A stretch of 61,015 bases of DNA, counting the filler, from Hausera hauseri (taxonomy: Eukaryota), in assembly GCA_046269625.1 (NCBI GenBank). It is 10 parts of 10 records of this genome, joined end to end, with 100 filler letters (N's around TTAATTAATTAA, not from the genome) between each part and the next. Parts side by side here need not be neighbours in the genome. Positions count along the whole stretch, not along the records: positions 1 to 12,659 come from JBJURY010020008.1; positions 12,760 to 17,171 come from JBJURY010594556.1; positions 17,272 to 23,661 come from JBJURY010105765.1; positions 23,762 to 29,540 come from JBJURY010190860.1; 6 more parts are not named here. One strand, 5' to 3'. A program made the translations under genes and the position numbers. The notes below the pieces were generated by a model. It searched no databases. It was not told the origin of the DNA and saw nothing but the letters and a program-made list of their open reading frames with translations. This document shows, piece by piece, positions 12,262 to 25,070 of this stretch. Each line of letters begins with the position of its first letter. The stretch's first letter is position 1.

Positions 12262-12659
12262 ATGAAAAAAGTTCAATTTCAAACTCCCAGATACAGTGAA
12301 TATACAAGACCAGCACAACCTAATACGGTACAGTACATGCTGCATTACCAAAATAGACAATTTGGACCGTCAGCGTTTATTAAAAGATTGACAAGCTACT
12401 CCAGAATGACAGTATTGGACAACTCCATGAGAGATACACAGAACAGGAAAATATCATTCCTCGAATATCCAAATTCACCCGTTCCAGGGGAATTAGCACA
12501 ATTATATGCCAATGCCGGACTATTCCGAACTCCAACAGGACAAATAATATGTATATATTGTCAGGGAGAATTTCAGTATGAACAGATAAAGGATCGACCC
12601 AAAGAAAAACATAAGAAATTACGCCCAACTTGTCCTTACTCGTTGAACGTGGAAGTAAG
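12262..12659 (+). CDS. BIR-domain (IAP-like) protein, truncated by contig end
   Basis: RKISF.EYP..LYANAGLF..CIYC..D.P.EKHKKLRPTCPY matches the BIR C-x2-C-x16-H-x6-C pattern. Confidence 0.82.
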
Positions 12660-12759
12660 NNNNNNNNNNNNNNNNNNNNNNNNNNNNNNNNNNNNNNNNN
12701 NNNTTAATTAATTAANNNNNNNNNNNNNNNNNNNNNNNNNNNNNNNNNNNNNNNNNNNN
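12660..12759. other. Artificial contig spacer (also 17172-17271, 23662-23761, 29541-29640, 36272-36371, 40853-40952, 46361-46460, 51288-51387, 56756-56855)
   Basis: Identical 100-nt N-run with central TTAATTAATTAA (stops in all six frames). Confidence 0.99.
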
Positions 12760-15700
12760 CTTTAACGAAAATTCTATAGGTAATCACAAGCCTTCTGACT
12801 TTCTGCAGACCTCTATTTCACACATAAGTGCTCTTGGTGTTACCCCCACCAACAATGCATACTTGATTCGTCGTTGTTTCCTCTCCTCCTTGCCTACTTC
12901 CATCAGAACTCTCCTTACTATCGTTGATGACTCGACGGCGATTGAAAAACTTGCCCTATTAGCTTATAAAAGTTTCGAAATTTTACAAACTAACAACTCT
13001 CACAACCCGTAGCTGCAGCAACCACGCATACTCCATCGTACGAAGACAAGACTGTTTTCGCACAGCAACTACAATTAATGCAGAAACAATACTATACTCT
13101 ACAATATTCACTTTCTGCCATCACGGCCCAACTAAGTAATCTGTCTATGTCTCGGCGAGGTGTGACCCGTGAATCGCATGAGCGTAGCCTCTCCAGGCAC
13201 TCATTTTGTTCTAAATCTTCTGGAGGACGAATGATTTGTTTTTATCACTATAAATTTCGTAGAAACGCAGAAAAATGTCTCTTAGTCTGTAAATTTTATG
13301 ACGAGCGTTTTACGGTGGACAGCCGTATCTGTATTTATCACATAAAATTTCACTCTCTAACCAGATCGGATGTAAACATTGAAAAAACAATTTCAGTTTT
13401 TCTTCATCTTCTTCTCCCCTCCTTCTTTTTATCATTCATCTTCTTTTCCTCCACAATCTTCAAAACACTAAAAACGCCGCCAGATGTCACGGCACATTCT
13501 GGCATATGCAATACCGTTCAGTCTTCTGGCCGTCTTAACACCGCCTCCGCAGTTTTTCTGTTAAAACTGCACTGTTCTCTAGCAATGCTCCACATATCGA
13601 TTTTCTTATCGATTCAGGAGCTGCCTTTTCACTCCTCTCTTTGTCATTCGTCCCTATATCCACGGCAGTTTCTTCTCCCCGCTTTTCACTGTCAGTGGTC
13701 AACCTTTGCGAATCGCAGGTACCACGGAACTGATTTTTACATTTTCAAACTTACTAGGTACGTTTGTCTGGAAATTCCACGTGGCCAATATTAAATCGCC
13801 AATAACCGGCTCAGATTTTTTGGCCACACACGACCTGCTAGTTGACTGCAAGTATGGCTGTTTGCTACGTAGAGACTCCGTCGTGAACGTTAACAATAGC
13901 CTACCAATCAGCTCAACAGGCACTTCGTCTGCGAACTCACATGTGAATTTGGCAAATTGCTCGTGGGTTGATAACGATACATTTAGTAGTTTATCTATTT
14001 TCTCAATTACATCTCAAACATTGAAGTCGATTTTAAAACAATCCGTTAAACCGAATGTTAATGGCGGCGATGTCGTTTGTTCTTCGCCAATTACAGTCAC
14101 CGTCTCCTCTGGTAAGATGCCTCAATCATTTTTATCACTAGATTCCAATCTCAAATCCTAGATCATTTCTTGTTCTCGCATACTTAAAAAAAACTCTAGT
14201 TTTAAGCCCCCATCAACAACTTATCACCATATTGTCACCCAACACCAAAGACCTATCATACAAAAGGTGAGACAATTATCTCCTTGTAGACGAAAAGCCG
14301 TGGAATTAGAGTTTAACGAACTCGAAAAATCTGGTACCATTCGGAGGTTAAAATCACCATGGGCTTCACAATTACATGTAGTAGCAAAAAAGGACGGTAC
14401 TTTTCGACCATGTGGCGACTACCTTCAAGTAAACAATCTAACAATCATGGATGCTTACCCATTACCGCTCATAAAAGACATCTTGCGCAGTCTTAACAAC
14501 AGCAGTACGTATTCCACAATAGATCTGCACAAAGCCTACCATCAAACTCCCGTTGCACCCGATGACATTCCAAAGACTGCTGTCATCACTCCATTTGTCC
14601 TTAACGAATACATCTTTATGCCATTCGGTTTACGTAAAGCAGCCCAAACCTTTCAACGCCACATCGACACCGTTCTCTCAGGCCTTGATTTTGCTCATCC
14701 TTATATCGATAACATATTAGTTGCCTCCAACTCCGTCAAACAGCACCATGAACATCTCCGAATTATTTTTCACAGACTACATCATAGCAACTTACAAGTT
14801 AACTTCTCCAAGTGCAACTTCCTTCAGAAACGTGTGAATTTCTTAGGCCACATCATCACTCCTCACGGCCACTTTCCACAACCTGATCGAATACAGCAAT
14901 TGAAAAATGTAATACTACCAAAGACCATTACAGATATGAGGAGTTTTCTTGGCACACTACATTTCGTCCATAAATACGTACCGCATTGCTCTGAGCTTAC
15001 AGTACCTTTCGCACACCTCTCATCTGGAAAGAAAAGACAGTTAATCCAATGGACTCCCGACTTAGCCACCAAATTCGATCACTTACATGAAGGCCTAAAA
15101 ACCGTCGAAATACTGGCCTATCAAAAACCCGACGCGGAGCTAATACTTACCACCGATGCCCCTACCACAGCTACTGGTGCAATACTACACCAAATTTCCA
15201 ACGGCGTCGATGAACCTTTGGAATTTTACTCTCGAAAACTCACACAACCAGAAAGCCGATATTTTACTAGCCATAGTTCTGGCAGTAAAACACTTCAAGC
15301 ATCTCCTCCTCTCTAGTCCATTTATCATTCAAACGGACCACAAGCCTTTGCTACACATCATGTCACTAAAACAGCCATCACCGAGGCAGGAACGACAGGT
15401 ATCGTAGCTGTCTACATTTAGTTTTGTTATAAAGTATATTTCAGGTACTGAGAATTTGGTCGCGGATTTCCTATCGCGGTAGATCGGCTCAATTACGGTT
15501 TAACCCATATTTTCTACCGAAATTCTAAAGCTTAGCCAACCGTCTGCTGATATTCTTAGCTCTTTCAAATCCTTCGAAATCATTGATGGCATTGCATACG
15601 ACACATCTAACACCGGTAATAAAAAAATCATTCTCGTTCATTCTTTGCAGAAACCAGCTTTCCTTCACACGCATTCACTTCATCATCCAAGCTCGAAAGC

Positions 15701-16775
15701 CACGTTTCGTTTGCTCCAACGTCATGTAGTTTGGCCATCAATGCGCACAGATATACAGGGTTGGGTTAAGGAATGCGTCGCCTGTCAAAAATACAAAGTC
15801 AATAAACATCTTAAACCGTCGCTTTACTATTTCCCATGTACATCACGTTTTCATGCCGTTCATATTGATCTCGTTGGACCCTTACCTTCTGATAACGGTA
15901 TCAACATATTCTCACTATGATGGATCTTGCTTCTCGCTGGCCTGAAGCCGTTCCTCTCCGTTCAACAAACACTGATTCAGTCGCAGATGCCTTTATTAAA
16001 ACCTGGATCAGTCGTTTTGGATCCCCACGGCACATCATAACGGACCAAGGTCCGCAGTTCGAATCGGAACTCTTTAAATCGCTTGTTAAACGATTGAGAA
16101 TATCACATTTCCATACAACGCCGTACCATCCACAATCAAATGGCCTTTTTGAAAGGATCCATCGAACAATAAAAATTTCTTTAAAAATCTTGGCAGACAA
16201 TCATTGAAATTGGACGTCCATCCTACAGCTACCATCTTACGCCAAGACAAACCCTACAACGTCCACATTTCGAATCTTAAGCCCGCTTTCTTTGTTGACG
16301 ACAATCCGGATGCCTATTCTACTTCCAACCCTAACTCAACCCTAACTCCTTCCATTCCTTCCTCAAGCTTTCTCCACGACTTCGCTCCGTTGCAGCAACC
16401 ACTTTCCTCTCACACTAAATTATCCTCATCTTTCGCACCACTTACTGTATCTACATCGCTTATTCCATTTTTTCGCCTCTCTTGCTTGATTTATTCTCTT
16501 CACCATCTTCAACGTCTTCATCACAAGCAACACAGCACATTAAATAAGAAACCTTACAAAACGACTACCACAAAATATCGTTCAACAGCCAAGCACAAAT
16601 CAATCAAATAAGACATGCAGAGTGACATTTAGTACCTATAGTAGGGAAAAATCCGTAGACGGAATACAACGTCTCATACACACCAAAATCCAATAGGCAG
16701 TAAACATTTTTCTTTTGCGTTTTGAGTCTTTCTGTTTTGTTTTACAATTTCTTTTCTGCCACGGGGGGAGGGGTT
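12760..16775 (+). mobile_element. Decayed Ty3/Gypsy element, CsRn1-like (gag with CHCC knuckle, PR, RT, RH, IN, PPT)
   Basis: ICFYHYKF..AEKC..C; FLIDSGA-type protease site at ~13600; GSDFL; RPCGDY, MPFGLRKAAQTFQR, YIDN; TDHKPL; HIDLVGPLP, TDQGPQFES, YHPQSNGLFER; G-rich PPT at 16763-16772. Confidence 0.9.
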
Positions 16776-17271
16776 ATGCAGTGCCACGGTCTAGGATATG
16801 ACCCTCCATTTTTGGCAATCGGGTCACCTTTCCATGCAGCTAGGCCGGCACGGTTTTAGTCCTGCCTTTTTTCCTTTTGGCCTGTGTTTGTTTGGCAGCT
16901 GAACAGTCCCTATCGGTGTCAAATAAAATTAATATTCTTATTTGGTTGTTTAACAGGCTACCAATTTTTCTATCTTTTAATTTTGACCGTTTGTTTGATA
17001 ATCGTCGTTAAAAAGCCTGGATTGAAGTTGGAAATAATGAATGACAATATAAGCCCAACTAAAGCATGTCCAGCACATAAAAATACCCACTGAATTCATC
17101 GGTTTTGCATAGTCCTACAAAAAAACAACATATGAAAGCTAACTTAAGTTCCGTAAAATTTCTGGATTTCTNNNNNNNNNNNNNNNNNNNNNNNNNNNNN
17201 NNNNNNNNNNNNNNNTTAATTAATTAANNNNNNNNNNNNNNNNNNNNNNNNNNNNNNNNNNNNNNNNNNNN

Positions 17272-17670
17272 TGAGTTGTGAATGGCATGAGTTGTGAATG
17301 GCATGAGTTGTGAATGGCATGAGTTGTGAATGGCATGAGTTGTGAATGACATGAGTTGTGAATGGCATGAGTTTTGAATGTCATGAGTTGTGAATGGCAT
17401 GAGTTGTGAATGGCATGAGTTGTAAATGGCATGAGTTTTGAATAGCATGAGTTGTGAATGGCATGAGTTGTAAATGGCATGAGTTGTAAATGGCATGAGT
17501 TGTGAATGTAATGAGTTGTGAATGGCATGAGTTGTGAATGGCATGAGTTGTGAATGGCGTGAATTGTGGTATAACACAAGTTGTTATTTAGCACGAGTTC
17601 TGATTTGGCATGAGTTGTGATTTAGTACGAGTTGTGAATGACACGAGATATGATTTCCACGAGTTGCGAG
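17272..17670. repeat. 16-bp minisatellite (GAGTTGTGAATGGCAT)n, decaying rightward
   Basis: About 18 near-identical copies followed by degenerate ones. It produces spurious repetitive ORFs. Confidence 0.95.
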
Positions 17671-18899
17671 GTCTCCCTTTGGAAAATTTGCAATATAATT
17701 AGTTTAAATATTCACAGATTCATCTGAGGATGGCTATGATAGCCAAAACATGTCGTGGGAAAAATAAGTCTAATCCGGCCACAAAAAGCAAGATCTGCTT
17801 TCACTGGAATAATATAGTTGTAAGTTGGTAACACTTTGAACCCAATATTCTCAACGAATCGCTTATCCAACAAGCATTTGTCATGTAAAAATAGCATATA
17901 AATCTGAATTTGTTAAAAATAAAAACCAAAGTCTAAAAACAATTAGCACAATCGAATTCACCTTTTCCTTCAGAAAAACGTGAAAAGACAGTACTGTAAG
18001 GAACTGGAAATAAAATGGCATATCATCGGAATGTGTCTGAATTGAATTGGAAAAGTAAATAATTTAGGCACACACAGACAAATCAAATGTACTCTGGTCG
18101 ACATTAAATGGTTAAATATTGTCCAAAAATTTTCACTGAAATTCGTTTTGGATATTGGAACACCAGAAATTTGGATGCGTTCTCGTACTTCTTTTAAATG
18201 GGGTGATCTATATTTGAGAACAAACGAAAAATGAAAAGAAAATTAAAATTTGTAAATTTCACGAAAGTCACAAACAGAATAAAATATAAAAGAGACATTC
18301 ATACACAAAGACATTCGTTGATCTCGACTGGTCACACAAGTATTAGATAGAAACACTTTCGAAAAAAGGTTACATTAATAACCAATGATCAAATGTTAGT
18401 AGGAGGAAAATACCTGTTCTCCTCCACCCGGTGGGGCGGGGTAATCGATAAGTCGATATTGCACATGTGCCAATCCACAGTACATCCGGTGCACTATCTA
18501 TCGGTAAATGTGCATGGTAACGGCGCCTTCAGGCACCGTTGTTATGGCACTTTTGCACTTTGCACATATTGATCGCTGCACAGTACAATATTGATGGAAT
18601 CTATCGGAATAAAGTGCTAGATGATAGTGCACGTCAGTGCACATCGATTATTGCACAGTGTACCGATAGTATACATGTGCAAATGGGTGAAAACCAATAA
18701 TATTGGTTTTGCGATAATTCCAATATTGATGATTAGCATATGGCACCGGGTCAGTTCGAATGAAAAAACGGTGCTTTATACAAGTGTGCAATCAGAATTC
18801 AAATCGATCGAATGGTTTTTGAATATCAATTCGAAAATTTTGTGGCGAGAACCGGTTTAGCTTTTTTGCGCCCTAAGGAAACAAAATTCGATAATACAT

Positions 18900-19660
18900 T
18901 TAGCGAAGACAGATAGGAAACCGTGTATGGAGATTCCGAATATTAAGTCAGATATTCGAATTAGAAAAAAAAATTTACCCAATACCGAACTAAGCACTAT
19001 TCGAAAAATCTGATGACGTGGTTGGATTCCCCATGTGCGGAAACCTCTAACGATTTAAATTATTCCATAAACATGTACTATATAGTTAAAAAATCATTCA
19101 AGCAAATTAAGCAAAATGCACATTTTATGCTCAATGACGCGTAGATAGATGGGAAACAATATATGGAGAATCGGAATATGACGTCAAATAATTGAAAAGC
19201 GGTTCACAAGTCTAATATTTACATATTCGAACTCAAAAACTCGATCAACCATAAATTATTCGAAGAATCCGATCATTCCAATAGATTACCCATATGTGAA
19301 AACTTATACGAAAAACGAAATTGACACTATGCAATGAACCGTTGCCTATTAAAACAAGGTTTTCCAATAAATTAAAATTATGTAATTAATATTGTGTAAT
19401 TCGATGATGCTTGTTTGTTTTAATTAAGTGTGAAATCTTAACATGCGAATTTGAAGGTCAAGCGCGTTGAAATTGGCAAATCTTTAAGCGTAGACAGATA
19501 GGAAATCATAAATGGAGAATCTGAATCCGATGTCAGATATTCAAAACAAGTTTTCGAATCGAATAATTATCGATTCGAACTCGAAAACTCGGTAAACCAT
19601 AAATTATTCGAAGAATCTGATCAGTCCAATAGATTCCCCATATATGAAAATCCTAATTAA
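18900..19660. repeat. Three dispersed ~150-170-bp direct repeats upstream of the pPolB region
   Basis: gcg(t/a)agacagataggaaa..tatggagaatc.gaat..tattcgaagaatc.gat..gattcccatat recurs at ~18902, ~19138 and ~19488. Confidence 0.75.
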
Positions 19661-20381
19661 ATTTTAAATTTGGTGCGGTAAGCTTATGCAATTGATGCAT
19701 TTAAACAATTTATTATTGAATATTCGAAAATCAATAAAATTCAAATTAAAAATCAATAAATTTGAGATTTAAAAAATCAACAAATTTAACATTTGAATTT
19801 AAAAAGTCCATAAACGAGACAGTGTGCGTTGACATGGTTATAGTTTTCATTATTTCAGAAATAACTTCCAAGAATGGTAAGTTTTTTAATTGCAAATTAT
19901 ACAAAGATTGTATGACTCAGATTCATGATTCGCAGAATTGCCACAATGCGATGCAAAAGTATTTCAGTTACCATTACAACACGACTAAATACTATGTATA
20001 TCCTACATGTGAGGTAGTGTGCCAAACCCGTTATGATGAATTCTACAATGCCCATAAACAACATCTGACTTCCTTTACCAAGTCAAAGAAAGAGATATTC
20101 AATAAGAATATGCCAATGACATCATGCGCTGCTCAAAAAATACAAAGCTGTAGTTCATACACGTATTGCACATCCGCAACACAATCCGCAGAACTGTCAT
20201 GACACATTAAAGCGCTACTACGGACACACATTCAGCCGGATCCAATATTATATTTGCCCAGGATGCGAGACTGTATACGACGCATTATACAAGAACTTTT
20301 ATGAAAATGTCAAAGCTCATCTGACTGACTTCAAGTCAAAGTCCAAGAAGACGATCTTCAATAAGAAACATAATCCTGCTG

Positions 20382-23010
20382 TTGCAGCAGTACAGCAAGT
20401 TCCACACACTTCAACGCAGCACACTGGATCATCAGCGCAGCAGCAGACATTCCAAATACTCCACCAAAAGTCAAAGGCAGCGAGCAGTTGATATCGCAGC
20501 GTTGAAGAAAAAAGTCCGCAGATACGTTATTGCTGCAACTGATCAAACAACGCTCCCTAAGTTTCTGGAATGTACAAAGGATGAAACCATGGGGATTCTC
20601 CAAGACAACATGGTAGAGATCAAGGCCCTTAAAGTCAACTTAAAATTAGAGGCCACATACACCAATGTTGATGGCAAATAATCGAATAGGGCCCTCAAGA
20701 CTGAAAATAAGCCAATATTGGAAGCCACCAATATTTCAGAATGGATGCATGAGGAACGCACGAAGCTGATATGTGAAGCTTAGGAAAGCCAGAACAAGAA
20801 GAGAGGATGGATTCTGGCAACCATAAAGAGATTGCTTATCTTTGTGCACAAGTACTCCCCATGCAAGGCAGCTCCTATATACAGCTTCCGGAATGGATCG
20901 TTAAGAAAACCATACATCAATGTCCATAATGATGATTCAATGTGTTTCAAATACTCCATTCTTTCAAAACTCGTACAGGATCAGAAACATGCATGTCGAG
21001 TTTGGTTGTATAATGATCAACAGTGCAATTATGATTTCCAATGTATTACGTTCCCACCATCCTTAGATGAAATCAAGAAATTCGGGCGACTTAACAATAT
21101 ATCCATCAATATCTTTGGATTAGAGGAAAATAAATTCTATCCGCTACAAACATGTGATGCCGAATTGGAAGATCATAGGGATCTGCTCCTGCTAAACGAT
21201 GAGGAAAAGAGGCATTTCATATGGATCAAGAACCTTGAGCGTCTAGTGAGATCCCAAATTATAAAAGATGACTATAGAATTGAGATCTGCAAACGACGTC
21301 TGTCCCATTTCAGTGGCAAGTTTGCTCTGGAGAAACTTACAGATCACAACATATACTGCAACAAAAATATTGCATCAGGACAGAATTTCCCAAGGATGAC
21401 CATATAGAATTTAGAGTTCGAAAAGAAGCTCAAGGTTCCAATAGTCATCTATTGCGACTGAAGCAATCTTGAGTCCAGTTCAGAGTTGCAGTTCGAATCC
21501 GAAACAAAGCAGCACAACAGCATACCAATATCACGAAATCTCTTCATGTTGTATGTATGCAAAAGGACTGGACAAGGAACCATTTCTATTCAGGGGTCCA
21601 AATGCAGCAGCACATTTTATCAAGCGATTAGAAGAAATCGTCCATAAGATGGAAGTTATGTTGAAGCAACATAAGTTTTTGGATAAAATGACCATGTCAA
21701 AGGAACAAGAAGAATGGCGTGAGGCAACAACATGCTACTTTGCTCCAAATCCTTCACAGCGGAGAATCACAAAGTCAGGGATAACTGCCACTTTACAGGC
21801 AAATATCGAGGCGCAGCCTGCAACAATTGCAATCTACGATGCAGAACAATGACATTCGTGCCTGTAGTATGCCATAATCTCAGTGGTTATGATTCCCATT
21901 TCACAGTCCAAGAATTGAGAAACATTGAAGGTAACATCGATGTGATTCCCAACAGTGAGAAGAAATGTCACCTTTACGAAACATGTTGGAAAAGTCAGAC
22001 TCCGTTTCATAGACAGTCTCCAGTTCATGTCTTCACTTGACAGTTTAATGAGGAACCTCCCAGCAGAAGAACTGGAGGAGACGAAGCGGCTCTTTCCAAT
22101 TACATTTGAATTGCTCAAGAGGAAAGAAGTGTTTCCCTATGAATAAATTGCATCACGGGGATCACTAGATAAAACATCATGGCCGGCCAAGAAGGACTTT
22201 TATAGTCAACTCTCAAACAGTGATATCAGCGATGCGGATTATCAACACGCACGAAAGGGTCTAGGAAGCATTCAAATGTAGGACAATAGGAGAATATAGT
22301 GACATATCTCAAAACCGACGCGCTGCTGGTGACAGATGTCTTTGAAAGCTTCCAGAATGCCACACTTACAAGCCACAGGCTGGATCCAGCTCATTTTTTC
22401 ACAGCTCCAGAAATGAGTTGGGCAGTTATGCTGCGATATACCGGCATTAGACTGCAGATCTTGAAGGATTATGATATGATCCTCATGATCGAGCGAGGCA
22501 TTAGAGGTGGAATATGCCAGGCCATTCACCGGTATAGTGAGACCAACGAGTACATAGCCAAATATGACTCATCAAAGCCATTCTCGTATATCACATACTT
22601 GGATGCCAACAACCTCTATGGATGGGCAATGAGCGCCCCACTGCCGTATGATAACTTCAGATGGGTGAAGAATCAACAGAATCAACATCGAATTGGTCTG
22701 TTATTGGAAAAGGACCAAGAAGCTGATTGCTAAACCGAACTTCCACAACAGCACGATATATGCTAAAAATCTGGTCAGTATTCATATGCTAAAAACATCG
22801 CGAGTTCAACAAGCCAATTTATGTTATCAAAGAAAGTCAGCTTCGCTGACTGAGAGTTCTGCAAGAACAGACTCATAATATCAGAAATGAAGCGCATACA
22901 GTCTCATGACCATCAAACACAAATAGTAGCGCTGCAGAAGAGCTTGGACTGATTCGACGACAAACGGCACAATATGAAAGACGGAATCTACATACTGCCA
23001 CACGCATATG
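20382..23010 (+). pseudogene. Protein-primed family B DNA polymerase (Polinton/adintovirus type), fragmented, internally deleted
   Basis: NVHNDDSMCFKYSI, RDNCHFTGKYRGAAC..CNL, HNLSGYDSHF, RFIDSLQFM, FPYE, YLKTD..DVFE, RGIRGG, YLDANNLYGWAMS, then an abrupt jump to KLIAKPNF and terminal FDDKR. Confidence 0.9.
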
Positions 23011-23252
23011 CTGCATTACTGACATTGTAGCTGCATTTACATTGTTCTTATGTTGTTATGACTTTATTGTTCTTGTTGTATTGTTGTATCAATAAATCCT
23101 TAAAAATATTGTTGCATTCTTAAGTAATGTGAGATATATATCAAGTGAAACTAAATTTTAAATAGGTCAAGTAAAAGATACTATATAGGACAAGTAAATA
23201 TATTATTCGATAAATTAACAAATTAGAAATTCAAATTAAAAATAAATACAGC

Positions 23253-23513
23253 ATGTCATTACTTGTATTAATGTATCATTATTTCAAAATCAACATGGAT
23301 AAAATATGCCCAATCTGCTTTGAAGATATGAATGATAAGACCATGTGCCTCGCAACTCGCGACACGAATAGTTTCTGTGTGTGCTGTCTCCAAAAATGGC
23401 TGTGCCGAAAAATTTCTTGCCAAATATGCAGAACAAAGAAATATGTCATTGTGCAGGATGCCCAACACCAATGCTTATATGTCTCATGGGTAGAGTGCCT
23501 AAGAAGACTTTAA
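23253..23513 (+). pseudogene. Degenerate RING finger protein next to pPolB
   Basis: CPICFEDM..SFCVCCLQKW..CQICR. Confidence 0.65.
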
Positions 23514-23761
23514 GGAATCTTTGGCCTGATACTAACACTGACACAGAATATGATAGTGATGCAACGGTTATGTAATTTTGTTGTTTGACATAACGCTAAA
23601 CATTTTTATAAGCACAATGTGAACCATGTTTATGATAAATACATGTAATGATTTTTGGTATNNNNNNNNNNNNNNNNNNNNNNNNNNNNNNNNNNNNNNN
23701 NNNNNTTAATTAATTAANNNNNNNNNNNNNNNNNNNNNNNNNNNNNNNNNNNNNNNNNNNN

Positions 23762-25059
23762 TAGTCACCAAGGTACTTACCTTCTGCCATGCTTCACCCC
23801 TGTTTTGCCATCCGGGCATAAGTAAAACTACGGATATAATTAGGTCACAGTTCTGGTGGGGTTCCTTAGCTAAGGACGTTAGAGAATTCGTTGGGTCATG
23901 TATCCAATGCTCCCAGGCCAAACCCTCTCGGCGTCCTCCAGCGGGTCTCCTAAGGCCACTACTGATTCCTTCACGACCATGGTCTCACATCTCTATGGAC
24001 TTTGTTACTGGCCTACCACTGTCTGGGGGTAAGACTACCATTTTGACTGTTGTTGACAGATTCTCCAAGATGGTTCATCTGGTTGCACTGGAGAAGTTAC
24101 CCTCGGCTAAGGAACTGAGTGACATTATGATAAAGGAGGTCTTTAGACTCCATGGCCTTCCTAAGAACATCGTGTCCGACCGTGGTCCTCAGTTCATTTC
24201 CAAGTTTTGGTCGGAGTTTTGCACCACTCTCAATATTGAACTAAGTCTCTCTTCAGGTTTTCACCCCCAGACCGATGGCCAATCAGAACGAGCCAACCAA
24301 GAACTGGAGACCCGCCTGCGTATACTCTGCGGCAATGATGCAACCAAGTGGGCCAAGAATCTTCCCATTGTTGAACATGCGATGAACTCACTTCCTTCCA
24401 GCGCCACAGGTCTGTCCCCTTTTTATGTGCTATATGGTTTCCAACCACCAATCTTTGCCACCCAGGAACGAGCAGCCATGGTTCCATCGGCCTATCAGGC
24501 AGCCCAAAGATGCCAAAGGATCTGGAGAAGAGCCAGGCAACAACTATTAAGGTCCTCCGCAGTTTACACACGATCCTCCAACCGTCACAGAATTCCAGCG
24601 CCACATTATCAAGAAGGACAGAGAGTTTGGCTGTCAACCAAGGACCTACCCCTTCGTGTAGACTGCAGGAAACTGGCTCCCCGATTCATCGGTCCCTTCC
24701 CTATTTCCAAGGTGGTAAACCCAGTAGCTGTCAAGTTAAAACTCCCCAGTTGCATGAGAATCCACCCTACGTTTCATGTGTCCCGAGTCAAACCGGTCCA
24801 GTTTTCTCGATTCTTGCCCGCCTCCAGGCCCCCTCCACCCGCCCGACTCATCGATGGCGGCCCTGCTTTCACTGTTCGCCGCCTGATACGTTCTCGACGC
24901 TGGGGCAGAGGCACCCAGTACCTCGTCGACTGGGAGGGATATGGTCCTGAGGAAAGGTCATGGGTGCCAGCCCGGCACATCCTCGACAAGACCCTTATCA
25001 GTGATTTCCATCGCGACCATCCTAATCAGCCGGGTGGTCCGTCAAGAGCCGGACCGTAA
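23762..25059 (+). CDS. Chromovirus (sushi-like) integrase plus chromodomain, intact frame
   Basis: [57 protein letters not shown]; GC content is higher than in the other contigs. Confidence 0.95.
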
Positions 25060-25070
25060 GAGAGGGGTAC

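Noticed and set aside
10548-12659. Selective retention of RING/BIR ORFs versus decayed pol
   Set aside because: These ORFs are no longer than the open stretches left in pol, so intactness is uninformative.
12704-12715. Recurrent TTAATTAATTAA palindrome as a biological motif
   Set aside because: Always centred in identical N-runs, so it is a concatenation linker. Adjacency across linkers carries no information.
17272-17670. CRISPR-like or telomeric array; repetitive ORFs 17220-17594 and 17224-17577
   Set aside because: Head-to-tail 16-mers with no spacers and no cas genes; the ORFs are translation artefacts of the satellite.
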